Part shown: positions 46,746-56,800 of the stretch, piece after piece
Layout of the letters: each line of letters opens with the position of its first letter
How positions within the stretch are numbered: the stretch's first letter is position 1
Source of the DNA: an uncultured Acidobacteriaceae bacterium
GTDB taxonomy: Bacteria; Acidobacteriota; Terriglobia; Terriglobales; Acidobacteriaceae
NCBI GenBank assembly: GCA_963769185.1
Contig: CAVYKP010000007.1
Location: 466,449 to 530,448, forward strand
Length of the DNA stretch: 64,000 bases
Direction: 5' to 3'
Notes under the pieces: generated by a model
What the model saw: the letters and a program-made list of their open reading frames with translations, nothing else
Databases searched by the model: none
Told to the model about the DNA's origin: nothing
Position numbers and translations under genes: made by a program

Positions 46746-47291
46746 ACATCTTGATTTCCCTGCGAACATCTCGCGCACCGGAATAAATGATGCCTTGTAA
46801 CAGACGGGTCGTTCGAATTTACTCTCGATAGCCGGCCGGAGAATCAGACGTTAACCGGGTGGCTCTATGGGGACCTGCGGGCGACGAGGTGGAGTTCATG
46901 GCATGCGTCCCATGATCTTCCTGCGCCCCGAACGTATTGAGTGCATGCTCAATGCGATAGGAACCCTTGCGCATTCGGAAATTTACACGATATCGTCCTT
47001 TATCGAGTTCAACGCAAGGGCGCGATCAAGTTGACGCGAACGGCGACCCCGTCACTTTGCCTAGACCGAAGGTCAAGGGAAGCATCGGCAAGTTTACGTC
47101 CAACCGCTTCGCTCCTCCTCGGCCTGTTTCTCGGGGTAATCCGCTCACGAGTGCATTGGCCTGTTCACACCAATTGAGATTTCGCGGCAGCAGGATGAGT
47201 AAACGCAAGCCGACTTATCACTACCGATTCATGTGCCAGGTAGTCCAAATCCAGATCCTTGTGTAGACCAGAATAGGCCACCCGACCCTGT

Positions 47292-48248
47292 TCATATCTG
47301 TCGGGGAACCGTGTCGTATGTCTGTAAGCAATATATGAGGTCAGCAATCATAGGATCACCAAGGACCGGCACTCGTGGTTTCAGCGAAGGAAAGAACGCG
47401 ACCATGCCAGTAGGAGAAGGGCTATCGTTGTCGCCGTAGTAAAACGCGAAGTTTGTTATTAGAACTGCGCTCTCAGGTGTAGGTTCGGTGGTAGTATTCC
47501 AAATCTCCACGAGGCGATCGCGAATCTCCTTCATCCAAGGAACCGTATCGACAGGAATATCCGAGTAGGACGGAAGTCCCTTCTCTGGCCAATCGGGGAC
47601 ATTGGGGTCAATGAAAATCAGGAACGGCATGTCGCCATTGGGCGCCTGCTGAATTGCCTTGTCGTACAGGTCAAAAACATCGCCTTTGAGATGTGTCTCG
47701 CGTGAGAACGTACCGATGTAGTTTATCGCTCCGGGCCGCTGCCGACTCTTCGTTTCGACCCCCACCCTCTTGCCTGTAATCTTGTGGGTTGCGATAAATT
47801 CGGGATGCTTGCCGGGGACCTTGTCGTCATCAATCCACTCAATCTCAAAACCAGCACGCGTGAAAATGGTGGCGATAAGGACCTCATAGCGCGCGCCCTG
47901 GAATGCTCTAAAGTCCTTCAATCTCTCGATGACGGAGTCAGGCAGTTTGTGGACCAGTTGTAGCCAGTACAGGTCGTATCCGAAACACTGGTAGGCTTTC
48001 GCCGGCCCGGTGAGGGTATGGCCGGTGCTTACATCGTCGCCTGCATCTCCCGGCCTGCGAAGCAGTTCAATCATCGCGGTATGCCATTTCACAATCGCGC
48101 TCTGATTCTTGAGGGGAAGTCGAAGTTGTTCTTCAAACCATTCCCTGCCGAGCGTCCCGACGACCAGCGCGTCAAGGAACTGATGGAACGTCTCGTGTTG
48201 TGGGTAGTGCCAGAGCTGTGTTCCACACGAACCGAAAACGGGTATCAC
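47292..48248 (-). CDS. Hypothetical protein with a PD-(D/E)xK-like nuclease motif (possibly the C-terminal part of a frameshifted larger gene)
   Basis: 318-aa ORF with a GTG start. RYEVLIATIFTRAGFEIEWIDDD ... HPEFIATHKITGKRVGVETKSR fits an E...PE-x13-ExK restriction-endonuclease-like pattern. Lower GC than its neighbours. Confidence 0.5.
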   Translation of the reverse strand: MIPVFGSCGTQLWHYPQHETFHQFLDALVVGTLGREWFEEQLRLPLKNQSAIVKWHTAMIELLRRPGDAGDDVSTGHTLTGPAKAYQCFGYDLYWLQLVHKLPDSVIERLKDFRAFQGARYEVLIATIFTRAGFEIEWIDDDKVPGKHPEFIATHKITGKRVGVETKSRQRPGAINYIGTFSRETHLKGDVFDLYDKAIQQAPNGDMPFLIFIDPNVPDWPEKGLPSYSDIPVDTVPWMKEIRDRLVEIWNTTTEPTPESAVLITNFAFYYGDNDSPSPTGMVAFFPSLKPRVPVLGDPMIADLIYCLQTYDTVPRQI

Positions 48249-48876
48249 CCTGGATCATGCTGGACTGAATTTGCGCTAGAGCACCCGGCACCATCCTCGG
48301 GGCCGTTCCTCGTAGCATCTCGTTCCCGAGAGCATGGATACCTTTATCGCGGCAGCATTCACCGTAGGGCTTCCCGTGGAGACCACATGGACACGGCTTC
48401 GCCGGATCGAAGGGTGGTATCGGCTGCACAGCGAGCGTCTCCGGCAAGACCCGGTGCACACGAAGCAGAAACGCGAGGTCGCAACCAAACTTCTCTCGCA
48501 CCGCCGGTCCTTGAAGAATATTTTCGATGACCGCCTCGGTTCCCGCGTTCCCACCGCGTCCGGGCTTCACGTCTCCGACTTCCCAAACCGTATTGCGCGG
48601 GCCATTGTCCTCACCGGCAGGCGTCAGTTGTCCGTCGCCGCCAATCACGAAGTAGCGATTCTTAACGAGCTTTTGCTCTGGGTCCACCAGCTCCACGCCA
48701 GAAAATCGGTAGCCTTCCGCCTGCGACTCCTTCAGGAATGTCAACACCTCTGGACGGCCCGCGAATGTCACGGGTTCCGGCGTCCGCTCCTTCGCTCGAT
48801 CCGTCAAGGCCGTGGCCGTCCACCTCTGTCCAGCACGTCCGGCTTGGAATCCAATGGCGTAATCCATCTTCTTCAT
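48172..48876 (-). CDS. Hypothetical protein with a SEC-C-like Cys motif
   Basis: 234 aa. PCPCGLHGKPYGECC resembles the SEC-C metal-binding motif. Overlaps the next ORF by 77 nt in a different frame. Confidence 0.5.
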   Translation of the reverse strand: MKKMDYAIGFQAGRAGQRWTATALTDRAKERTPEPVTFAGRPEVLTFLKESQAEGYRFSGVELVDPEQKLVKNRYFVIGGDGQLTPAGEDNGPRNTVWEVGDVKPGRGGNAGTEAVIENILQGPAVREKFGCDLAFLLRVHRVLPETLAVQPIPPFDPAKPCPCGLHGKPYGECCRDKGIHALGNEMLRGTAPRMVPGALAQIQSSMIQGDTRFRFVWNTALALPTTRDVPSVP

Positions 48877-48991
48877 GGAGTCCTCTATACGCAGTCAAAC
48901 CAAAGATGGGGTTAACTTTATACCTTCGATTCGCCGTACACATGTGGATGCTGGGTTGCGGGAGATAAGGGGACAGGGTACGTATCCCCCC

Positions 48992-49010
48992 GAATTGCTG
49001 CAATAGGTAT
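48992..49010. repeat. 19-bp exact direct repeat, left copy
   Basis: GAATTGCTGCAATAGGTAT, identical to 60528-60546. Confidence 0.9.
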
Positions 49011-49039
49011 GCTGTCCCTTCATCTCCCTTGGCCAGACC

Positions 49040-49178
49040 AGTGATGGTCGTGGCTTGGCCATCCGACGCACCGCTTCCTGCTTAAACTCCGCACTGTAGC
49101 TGTTTCGCTTCTTCTTCATCGGCCTGCTCCATTTTGGCCGATAAATGTCCCCCCCCTTTTTTTTGTCGGCGCCGTGTC
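49040..49178 (-). pseudogene. IS3-family element relic (left end plus the first ~26 codons of orfA)
   Basis: MKKKRNSYSAEFKQEAVRRM (ATG at 49119) is the typical IS3 OrfA N-terminus, and the reading frame decays after about 26 codons. The upstream sequence, read on the minus strand (49178-49134), is TGAGACACGGCGCCGAC-A8-G8-ACATTTATCGGCC, seen on the plus strand as a C8T8 tract at 49149-49164. Confidence 0.55.
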
Positions 49179-49222
49179 TCACTTTTGGGGTGAACTCCAT
49201 TCTGTCCCGGGTTTTCCGAAAA

Positions 49223-52200
49223 TCAATTGATAGGAAGAGTTAAGGATGGGGACGCGCCTGATCCTGGGTTCTCCGCAGTCAGAGAGACTGCTTGCGAGGC
49301 GGCTACATCGGCCGCGGCAACAGCGAACTGTAGATGACTGGCGTCGATATAAGTTGTGGTGCGGGGAACGCCGTTCCAAAGAACGACCGCGCCTGGAATG
49401 AAGCCGCCGCCTATGGCAGTTACATACTGGTTGCCGCTGCCGTGGACCACAGTGGCGGGCGCCACGCCGGTGAGTCCGGGGGTTGGATTCGATTGCGCCT
49501 CGGCCGGAAGCACGAACGGCCCCTTGAATAGCAGCAACTGGTATCCAGCCAGGCTCCCGAAGCCTTGATCGAACGCCCGGACGGCAAGTCCATCTTGTCC
49601 CCATCGCAGCAATTGATAGCCCGCGACGCCATTTGATGGAGGCAGCTGGAAGTTTTGTTCATTCGTATCACTTGCCGTGTCGAAACGCTCCAAATAGGCC
49701 TTAATCGTCCCCGCCGCATTCAATCCGACGAGGAACACCTTGTGTTGTGCGGAGTCGGGCACGACCGCATCGCCAGAAAGTTCGTACCCCGGAGCTCCCG
49801 GGCTAATCGGCAAAAGGGCAATCTGCGAGGGTGGAGTGGTTGCCGGATTGACGATTCCTCCATTGTCCCCATAGACCAAACCATCCTGGCCGAGCGCGAT
49901 GTCGAAACCCGTGCCACCCAATCCGTTCAGTCCGGTAAAATCCACTTGCGTAAGGCCGTTCGCGTCAACCGTAAATCGACCGAGATCGCCGGTGTTCGTG
50001 CCCTCGGAGTAAAGATGCGTCGCGTCGGCAAACGCTATGGAGTTCCCCGCTCCGCCAAAATTTGGCCGGAATGTCCCGGTGTTTCCGGAGATGTCGAAGA
50101 TGCCCATTCCGCCGTAGTCCAAGTTGATCGCAAGCGTGGTGTCACTGCCAGGTTGGACGGCCAAGGCGCCCGCCGGCTGGCTCCCCTGGCCAGGCATGGT
50201 AAGGGGATAGGTTCCCGTCATGGTTCGATGCAGGAGGTCGAATTGGCCCAGGGTGTTGTTTCCGCTGAACCCGATGTACAGGTAACTTCCGTCGGCAGTT
50301 TCCGCCATCACATTCGGCCCGTTACCGAGTACTACCGGCGTCCCGACCGTCCCACTCAGAGGGTCGATTTGCACCAGGCTATTGGCGGCGATATTCGTCG
50401 CAACGGCAGGTACGGTTGCATACAGCATTCTGCTAAACGGGTCGTAGAGGATATCAGTTGCCGGCACATTCACCGACCGATAAACACTCACGACGAGCGG
50501 AGACGATTGTCCACCGCCGGGGGAAGGAGTGGAGACGACTACCTGCCCCCAACCCAGGTTCGCAAGGTAGCTGGACGGCGCCAACGCGGATAACTGCGTG
50601 TCACTCAGGTAGCTTGTCGGCAACGGATTCCCGTTCCACAATATCGTTGAGGCACTGGTAAATCCGGTCCCCGTCACGATAAGCGTCGTCGCACCTGATC
50701 CCGCGAGAATGAGCGCGGGGGAAACGGAAACCGCAGCCGGAACGGCGGCGAATGTGGCTCCGCTCACCGTCGTGGTGGCGGTGGCGATGTTGTTCGCCTG
50801 GGCCGGGTCGTAGGCGACCGATGAAACCAACGCCGTGCTTTCGATGGAACCAGAATCGAGTACGGTCCCCGTAACCTGGACGGTTGCCTTCGCTCCATTG
50901 GCCAAACTGCCCAAGCTGCAGATCACCTCGCTGGTGCCGTTGCAACTGCCCGTCGAGGCCGTGGTGCTTTGATACACGATTGCGGCGGCAAGCGTGGCGG
51001 TTAAGCTCACTCCCTGTGCCGCGTTCGATCCCTTATTCGTCACCGTGATTGAGTAGGTGAGCGCACTCCCAGTCGCTGCCGTGGCGGGCGCCTGGATTGC
51101 GACGGAGAGATCGGCCGGAGATTGCGACAGGTCCTTTACCAGGGAGGACTGCAACATATAAATCTGGGTGGGCGTGTTAAAGGCCAGGCCATTCTGTCCC
51201 CAGCGAACCAAATCAAGCGCTCCAAACGAGGGACCGATGGTGCTGGTACCGGCCACCACGATCGCACCTACCTGCTTGAAGGTTGTCTCATCGAAAGCGA
51301 GGATCTGATTGCCGCTAGCAGGGGCCGCAACGTTTTGCGGCAGAACCCAGGCGCGCCCTAAGACAGAATCTGAAACGACCGGTCCGGCGGCCAGGCTGGT
51401 CCCGCTGGTGTAAAACTGCCCGATCCGCAAGCCGGTGGTTGCATTCAACACCGCTCCATCGCTGAAGTATAGATTCCCGGCGTCAAATTGCATCGACGAG
51501 AAACTGTAGTATGGCGACGATAACGTCTTGGTTCCAGTGAACCCCGTGCTGTCCAGGCTCAGGTCTACCAAGCCGCTCGGCCCATCGCTAAAGGTGGAGG
51601 CGTATAGGGTCGCTGCAGAAGGTCCGAAACTGAGAGCGCCGTAATTTTGATTGAAGTAGCCGTTTAATGCAGCCGGGTTCGGACGAGCAACCCCTGAATC
51701 GTAGACAGTTATGTTGGCGTTGCTTCCTAAGACCGCGACCGAGTCGGGCTCGCCGGGCAGAGCGGCCACGCTCGCGGGGGTTATCGGATCGCTATACGTC
51801 TGACCGGTGCCATACTCACCCAGGGAAATTTGAAGATTGGGATGGGTCCCCGTCAAGTCAATTCGACTGACCGCAGCGGCCCCATCCAGGGAAACGTAGA
51901 GTTCCGTGCCGGTATCGGAGAGGCTGAGTTTATCGGGCTCGCTGCCTACAGGAATCGTTTTTGCAATGACGCCGGTACTGGGATTAATGACCGCGACACT
52001 GTTGCCCAGCCCGGGACCGGCATAGCCCGGTACCGATGCATACAACATTCCGTCCCGTTGGTTGTAAACGATGGTGTTGGTGGGCAGGGGAAGGTAGGTT
52101 GGGAACGCCTGGGGCTGCGACACGGCCGCAGCATTCTCCGGGCTCGACACCGTGACGCTGCCCACCGTCGGCATACTTAGATAGGCCGCCGGAAGGGTAG

Positions 52201-53836
52201 CCATCAGCGTCGGAAAACCCGTGGTGGATGCCTCGACATACTGGGTCGCCAGCGGCACTCCGTTCCAGTTCACAACAGAGTCGGGTAGGAAGCCGGAGCC
52301 GCTCACCTGAAGGGTTTGCTCGTTACTGCCGATCGGAGCAGAGGCAGGCGTGAGGCCGCCGATCACGGGAACGGCCACAACGTTGAAGACATATGGCGCC
52401 GATGGCGCCGGAACCGTCCCCGGATTGGTGACGACAAAGTCCAGTTGTTCCGCTTGGGCAAGATAAGCCGCTGGAATTCCGGTGGTGATCGACGTCGCTG
52501 TCTGGCTGGCCATCGCAAGCGCCTGGCCATTGACGGTGAGCGTCGCGTTGGCCGCGAAGTTGCTCCCCTGGATCGTGATCGGCAGGGGCGTCGTGCCGGT
52601 TGCGTTCACCAGCGTGCTTGCCGGCGTTATCGAGGAAATGATGGGCATCGTCACGGCGACGATAGACAGCGGGATCGGCGGCGCGGTGGTTCCCCCGGGC
52701 CCCGGATTAGTGACCGCGAGCTGACCGGCCCCAAGCGTTTGTGTATCGCCGGCGGTCAACGCAACCTGCAAGCTCGTGGCGGAGATGAAAGTGGTCGGCC
52801 GCGAAGAGCCGTTCCACGTGACCACGGAATTCGCCTCGAATCCGGTCCCCGACAGAGTGATCGTTGCGGCCGAGCCCTGCGCAATCGTAGCCGGAGAGAT
52901 CGAGGCAACGTGAGGCATCGGGCTGGTGACATTGAATGCAACCGTGGCGGAATTTCCCCCGCCAGGTGCAGGGTTTGCCATGCTTAGCTGAGCGACCTGG
53001 CCGGCGGCGATGTCCTGGGTCGGCACGGCGGCCATGACTTGCGTGCTGCTTACGAAAGTGGTCGCAATGGGGTTCCCGTTCCAAGAGACCACAGACGAAG
53101 GCGCGAAGCCACTTCCAGCAACCGCCAGCGCGGTCGCCGCTGCTCCTGCGTCGACACTAGGGGGCGTTATGGCGGTGATGGCTGGGACAGGATTGTTCAC
53201 GTTGAAGTTGATCGCGCCGGAGTTTCCCCCGGCCGGAGTTGGGTTCGACACTGCGACCGCAGCGATGACTCCTATGGCGTCATTCGCGGCAGGCAGCGCA
53301 GCCTTGACCTCTGTTCCGCTCACAAACGTCGTGGTCAGCGGCATGTTATTCCAGGTGACCATCGATGAAGGTACAAAGCCGCTTCCTATGATGTCGAGTG
53401 AGAGCGCGCCGGCGCCGGCAGCAGCACTCACGGGATTGATCGACGCCAGCGATGGATCGGGGTTGTTGACGACAAAGGGGGCCGCGGCGGAGGTGCCTCC
53501 GCCTGAACCTGCGTTCACAACTGTCACTTCGGCTGTCGTTCCATTGGCAAGATCGCTTGCCGGCAGATTCGCGCTCAGCTCTGTTGCCGAGATGTAAGTC
53601 GTTGACAGGGCGGCGCCGTTCCATTGCAGCGTCGATGCGGCGACGAATCCCGACCCTTTCACGTCGATGGTAAGGGCGGCTCCGCCTGCACTTGCCGAAG
53701 TTGGGGTCACACTGGTGATTGTGGGCGCCGTGTTTGTAGGCTGCGGAGCCGCCGGCGGAGTCGACCCGCTTCCACAACCTGCAACGGCCAACGAAATCAA
53801 GGCCGAGGCACTCAACGTGAAACCCCGCTTCATCAC
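49223..53836 (-). CDS. Giant surface lipoprotein with about 10+ IPT/TIG-like Ig repeats, beta-propeller-like regions and a DUF11-like domain
   Basis: 1537 aa. Lipobox LAVAGC. Repeats of the type ITSVTPTSASAGGAALTIDVKGSGF ... WNG ... TTYISATEL. DUF11-like LTYSITVTNKGSNAAQGVSLTATL. Confidence 0.85.
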   Translation of the reverse strand: MMKRGFTLSASALISLAVAGCGSGSTPPAAPQPTNTAPTITSVTPTSASAGGAALTIDVKGSGFVAASTLQWNGAALSTTYISATELSANLPASDLANGTTAEVTVVNAGSGGGTSAAAPFVVNNPDPSLASINPVSAAAGAGALSLDIIGSGFVPSSMVTWNNMPLTTTFVSGTEVKAALPAANDAIGVIAAVAVSNPTPAGGNSGAINFNVNNPVPAITAITPPSVDAGAAATALAVAGSGFAPSSVVSWNGNPIATTFVSSTQVMAAVPTQDIAAGQVAQLSMANPAPGGGNSATVAFNVTSPMPHVASISPATIAQGSAATITLSGTGFEANSVVTWNGSSRPTTFISATSLQVALTAGDTQTLGAGQLAVTNPGPGGTTAPPIPLSIVAVTMPIISSITPASTLVNATGTTPLPITIQGSNFAANATLTVNGQALAMASQTATSITTGIPAAYLAQAEQLDFVVTNPGTVPAPSAPYVFNVVAVPVIGGLTPASAPIGSNEQTLQVSGSGFLPDSVVNWNGVPLATQYVEASTTGFPTLMATLPAAYLSMPTVGSVTVSSPENAAAVSQPQAFPTYLPLPTNTIVYNQRDGMLYASVPGYAGPGLGNSVAVINPSTGVIAKTIPVGSEPDKLSLSDTGTELYVSLDGAAAVSRIDLTGTHPNLQISLGEYGTGQTYSDPITPASVAALPGEPDSVAVLGSNANITVYDSGVARPNPAALNGYFNQNYGALSFGPSAATLYASTFSDGPSGLVDLSLDSTGFTGTKTLSSPYYSFSSMQFDAGNLYFSDGAVLNATTGLRIGQFYTSGTSLAAGPVVSDSVLGRAWVLPQNVAAPASGNQILAFDETTFKQVGAIVVAGTSTIGPSFGALDLVRWGQNGLAFNTPTQIYMLQSSLVKDLSQSPADLSVAIQAPATAATGSALTYSITVTNKGSNAAQGVSLTATLAAAIVYQSTTASTGSCNGTSEVICSLGSLANGAKATVQVTGTVLDSGSIESTALVSSVAYDPAQANNIATATTTVSGATFAAVPAAVSVSPALILAGSGATTLIVTGTGFTSASTILWNGNPLPTSYLSDTQLSALAPSSYLANLGWGQVVVSTPSPGGGQSSPLVVSVYRSVNVPATDILYDPFSRMLYATVPAVATNIAANSLVQIDPLSGTVGTPVVLGNGPNVMAETADGSYLYIGFSGNNTLGQFDLLHRTMTGTYPLTMPGQGSQPAGALAVQPGSDTTLAINLDYGGMGIFDISGNTGTFRPNFGGAGNSIAFADATHLYSEGTNTGDLGRFTVDANGLTQVDFTGLNGLGGTGFDIALGQDGLVYGDNGGIVNPATTPPSQIALLPISPGAPGYELSGDAVVPDSAQHKVFLVGLNAAGTIKAYLERFDTASDTNEQNFQLPPSNGVAGYQLLRWGQDGLAVRAFDQGFGSLAGYQLLLFKGPFVLPAEAQSNPTPGLTGVAPATVVHGSGNQYVTAIGGGFIPGAVVLWNGVPRTTTYIDASHLQFAVAAADVAASQAVSLTAENPGSGASPSLTLPIN

Positions 53837-53879
53837 TGGCTCCTAAGGTCCTACCTGTTGAAACTGCTTCGATTCCCGT

Positions 53880-56800
53880 TCATTGCACGGTGACGGTTAC
53901 ATAGGTGGAAGCAATTATCTTTGTAGTGGACGCATCCGTTGCGGTCACGCTGAAGGTGTAACTACCAACGGTGGTCGCGGGAGTTCCGGGTTGATTCGAG
54001 CTTGGTGCGCCCCCTCCGCCGCAACCAATCACCCCGGCGGCAATCACCGCGCATAAACCGATCAGCAAAGCCGGCCGGCGCCCACGGAGGCCTGGTATAC
54101 CGAACATGAGCGCAAGCGCAAGCACTCCGCCGCCACCCCATCGCTGCCAAAGGTCCTGCGTTCCTGGCCGATGGAGCGAGCTACTACTTAGGGCTGCAGT
54201 GGTTTTCGCGGTCAAGACCGTGGTGGCCTGTCCGCCAGCGGCGAGCGTGACGCTGGCCGGGTTTAGATTGCAGGTAGGCATGCTCTGCGCGCCGGTGGGA
54301 GACGCAGTGAGCGCACAGGCCAGATTCAGTGTGCCGGAATAATTGCTTCCCGCCGAAAAAGTAACTGTAGCCGTAGCGCTGCCGCCCGCAGTGGCCGGCG
54401 ATGGATTGGAGGCTGCGGCCACAACCGGAGCTACCGTGACGGTGACGCTACCCCGGGCGGCCGCATAGGTACCGTCGCCAGAGTAGTTTGCGGTCAAGGT
54501 ATTGGTCGAGGCACTGAGGCCGCCCGCGGGAATGCTGAAGCTTGCTGCGCCGGCGGTGAGCGGCTGTTGAGAACTATAGGAACCGCCGCCAAAGGTGACG
54601 GTTCCCGTCGGCGTGGCCTGTCCGGCGGCGCCTGCGACAGAGACAGCCACGTTCACCGGCTGCTCGTTGGTGACGGTGGTCGCGGAAGGAGTAAGTGTCA
54701 CGGTGGTGGTGCCTGCATTCGACGCTTGGGTCACCGTCACAGTGGCAGAATCAGTCGCGCTTTTGTATTGCGTCGCGCTGGATGCATCGGGAGCATAGAC
54801 GGCCGTGAGGACATCGCTGCCAACCGGAAGCACGCCCGCGGCCAGGCTGAAAGTAGTGGCGCCATTCGCCAGATTCTGTTGTGCGCTGTAGCTGCCGCTG
54901 GTCAGGCTCACCGAGCCGGTAGCGGTTGCACTTCCGCTACCGCCGCCTACCGTTACTGTCACCGTGAGAGCCTGGGCTGTGGTTATGCTGGTTGAAGACG
55001 CTGTCACGGTCACCGCAGGCGCCGGCGGCAAATGGATGGTATAAACGGCGCTGGCCGCGGCGCTTTGCGGATAGCCTGCAGCAACCGCGAAGGCCTGCAG
55101 GGTCGTAGTGGTCGCAATCGGAATCGGCCCACTGTATACGTTAGAAAGCGTGGTCGGGGTGCTTCCATCGGTGGTGTAGTAGATCGTCGCATCCTTTGTC
55201 CCGTCGGTGATTGCGACCATCTGAGCGCCGGTATAGCTGCCGGCCGCAGGATTGAAAACCGGTATGCCCGCGGGCGCACGCGGCGACGAAACTTCCCGCA
55301 CTCGGTAGTTGCCGCTGTCGGCAATGTACAGATTCCCCGAAGCGTCGAAAGCGATTCCTGCTGGAGTTCGCAGCTCTGCCACGGTTGCAGAACCGCCGTC
55401 GCCGCTGTAGCCGGGATAGCCGTTGCCGGCAAATCGCGTGATGATTCCGCTGGTGGCCGAAACCACGCGAACCACGTTCGACCAATCGGAGATATAGATG
55501 TTGCCGGCGGAATCTAACGCCACCCCCTGGGGACCCACCTGTGCGTGGGTCGCGAGGCCACCGTCTCCACTGCTTCCGAACTCGTCACTTATGCCGGCGA
55601 CGGTGGTGATAATTCCGGTGGCCGCTGTTACCTTACGGACTCCGGCGTAGTAGGAGATGTAAAGGTTGCCGGCGCTATCCAGCGCCAACGCGTTGGGCTC
55701 GGCCACACCCGCGGCGGTGGCCAGACCACCATCGCCGCTAGAGTCGCAAGTTCCCTTCCCCGCCACCGTGGTGATGACGCCGCTGTTGGCGGAGACCATG
55801 CGCACTCGACAGTTATAAGTGTCAGCAATGTACAGATTTCCGGCGCCATCGAGCGCGAGGCCGCCGGGCGCGTTGAGCGAGGCACCGATCGCCGGCCCGC
55901 CGTCGCCGCTTCTGCCGCCGCCAGCGTAGGTCGTGATCAAACCGGTGCTTGCCGCCACTTTGCGAACGACACCGATGAACTGGTCGGCAATGTAGAGATT
56001 GCCGGCGCGGTCCACTGCGACGGCATCGGGGTTGTAGAATGTAGCGGCCGTTGCCGGGCCACCGTCCCCGCCGTAACCAGTCGATCCGTTGCCAGCCACG
56101 ATGGAGGCGATGCCTGTCTGCGCGGCAACTTGCCACACGGTATGGTTCGAGGGGTCGGCGAAGTAGAGGTTTCCAGAGCCATCCAGCGCCACTCCCGCGA
56201 TCGCGCCCAGCTGCGCGCTGGTTGCGGGACCTCCGATGCCGGAGAAGCCGAAGGCCCCATTTCCGGCCACGGTGTTGATCACCACGGTGGGTGGAGAGGT
56301 GATGGTGTAGCTGGCGGAGACAGGCGGGCTGGCGAGATATCCCGGCCCCACGGCAATGGCTTGAATCGTCACATTGCCTGAGACGTTGATCGGCCCGTTG
56401 TAGCCCTGGCCGGCGGTGGTGGGCGTCGACCCGTCCAGGGTCACGTAAATGGCCGCGCCGGGCGTGCTATCGGTAATCGTGACGGTTTGCGGGCTCGCAT
56501 ACGTTCCTGCCGCGACGCTGAATGCCGGCTTCGCGGCCGTCAGGGACGGAGGAGTTCCTGGGGCGGTCACCAAGCGGATTTGGGCGCCGCTCGCGATGTA
56601 CCGGTTGCCGGCGCTATCGACGGTGACACTCTGCGGGTAGCACAGCGCGGCGCTGGTCGCGGGGCCCCCGTCGCCGCCGGGCGAGGTGCATTGCGCTCCG
56701 TTTCCAACCACCGTCGAAATAATTCCGGTGCCGGCGGCCACCTGGCGAATGACCTGGTTGCTGGTGTCGGCGATGAAGAGGTTGCCCGCGCCGTCAACCG

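Noticed and set aside
46634-47291. Degraded PadR gene upstream of the second ADOP permease.
   Set aside because: Translating all three minus-strand frames by eye gave no PadR-like LxxLILxxL / GSLYPALxRL segments, only short stop-interrupted stretches.
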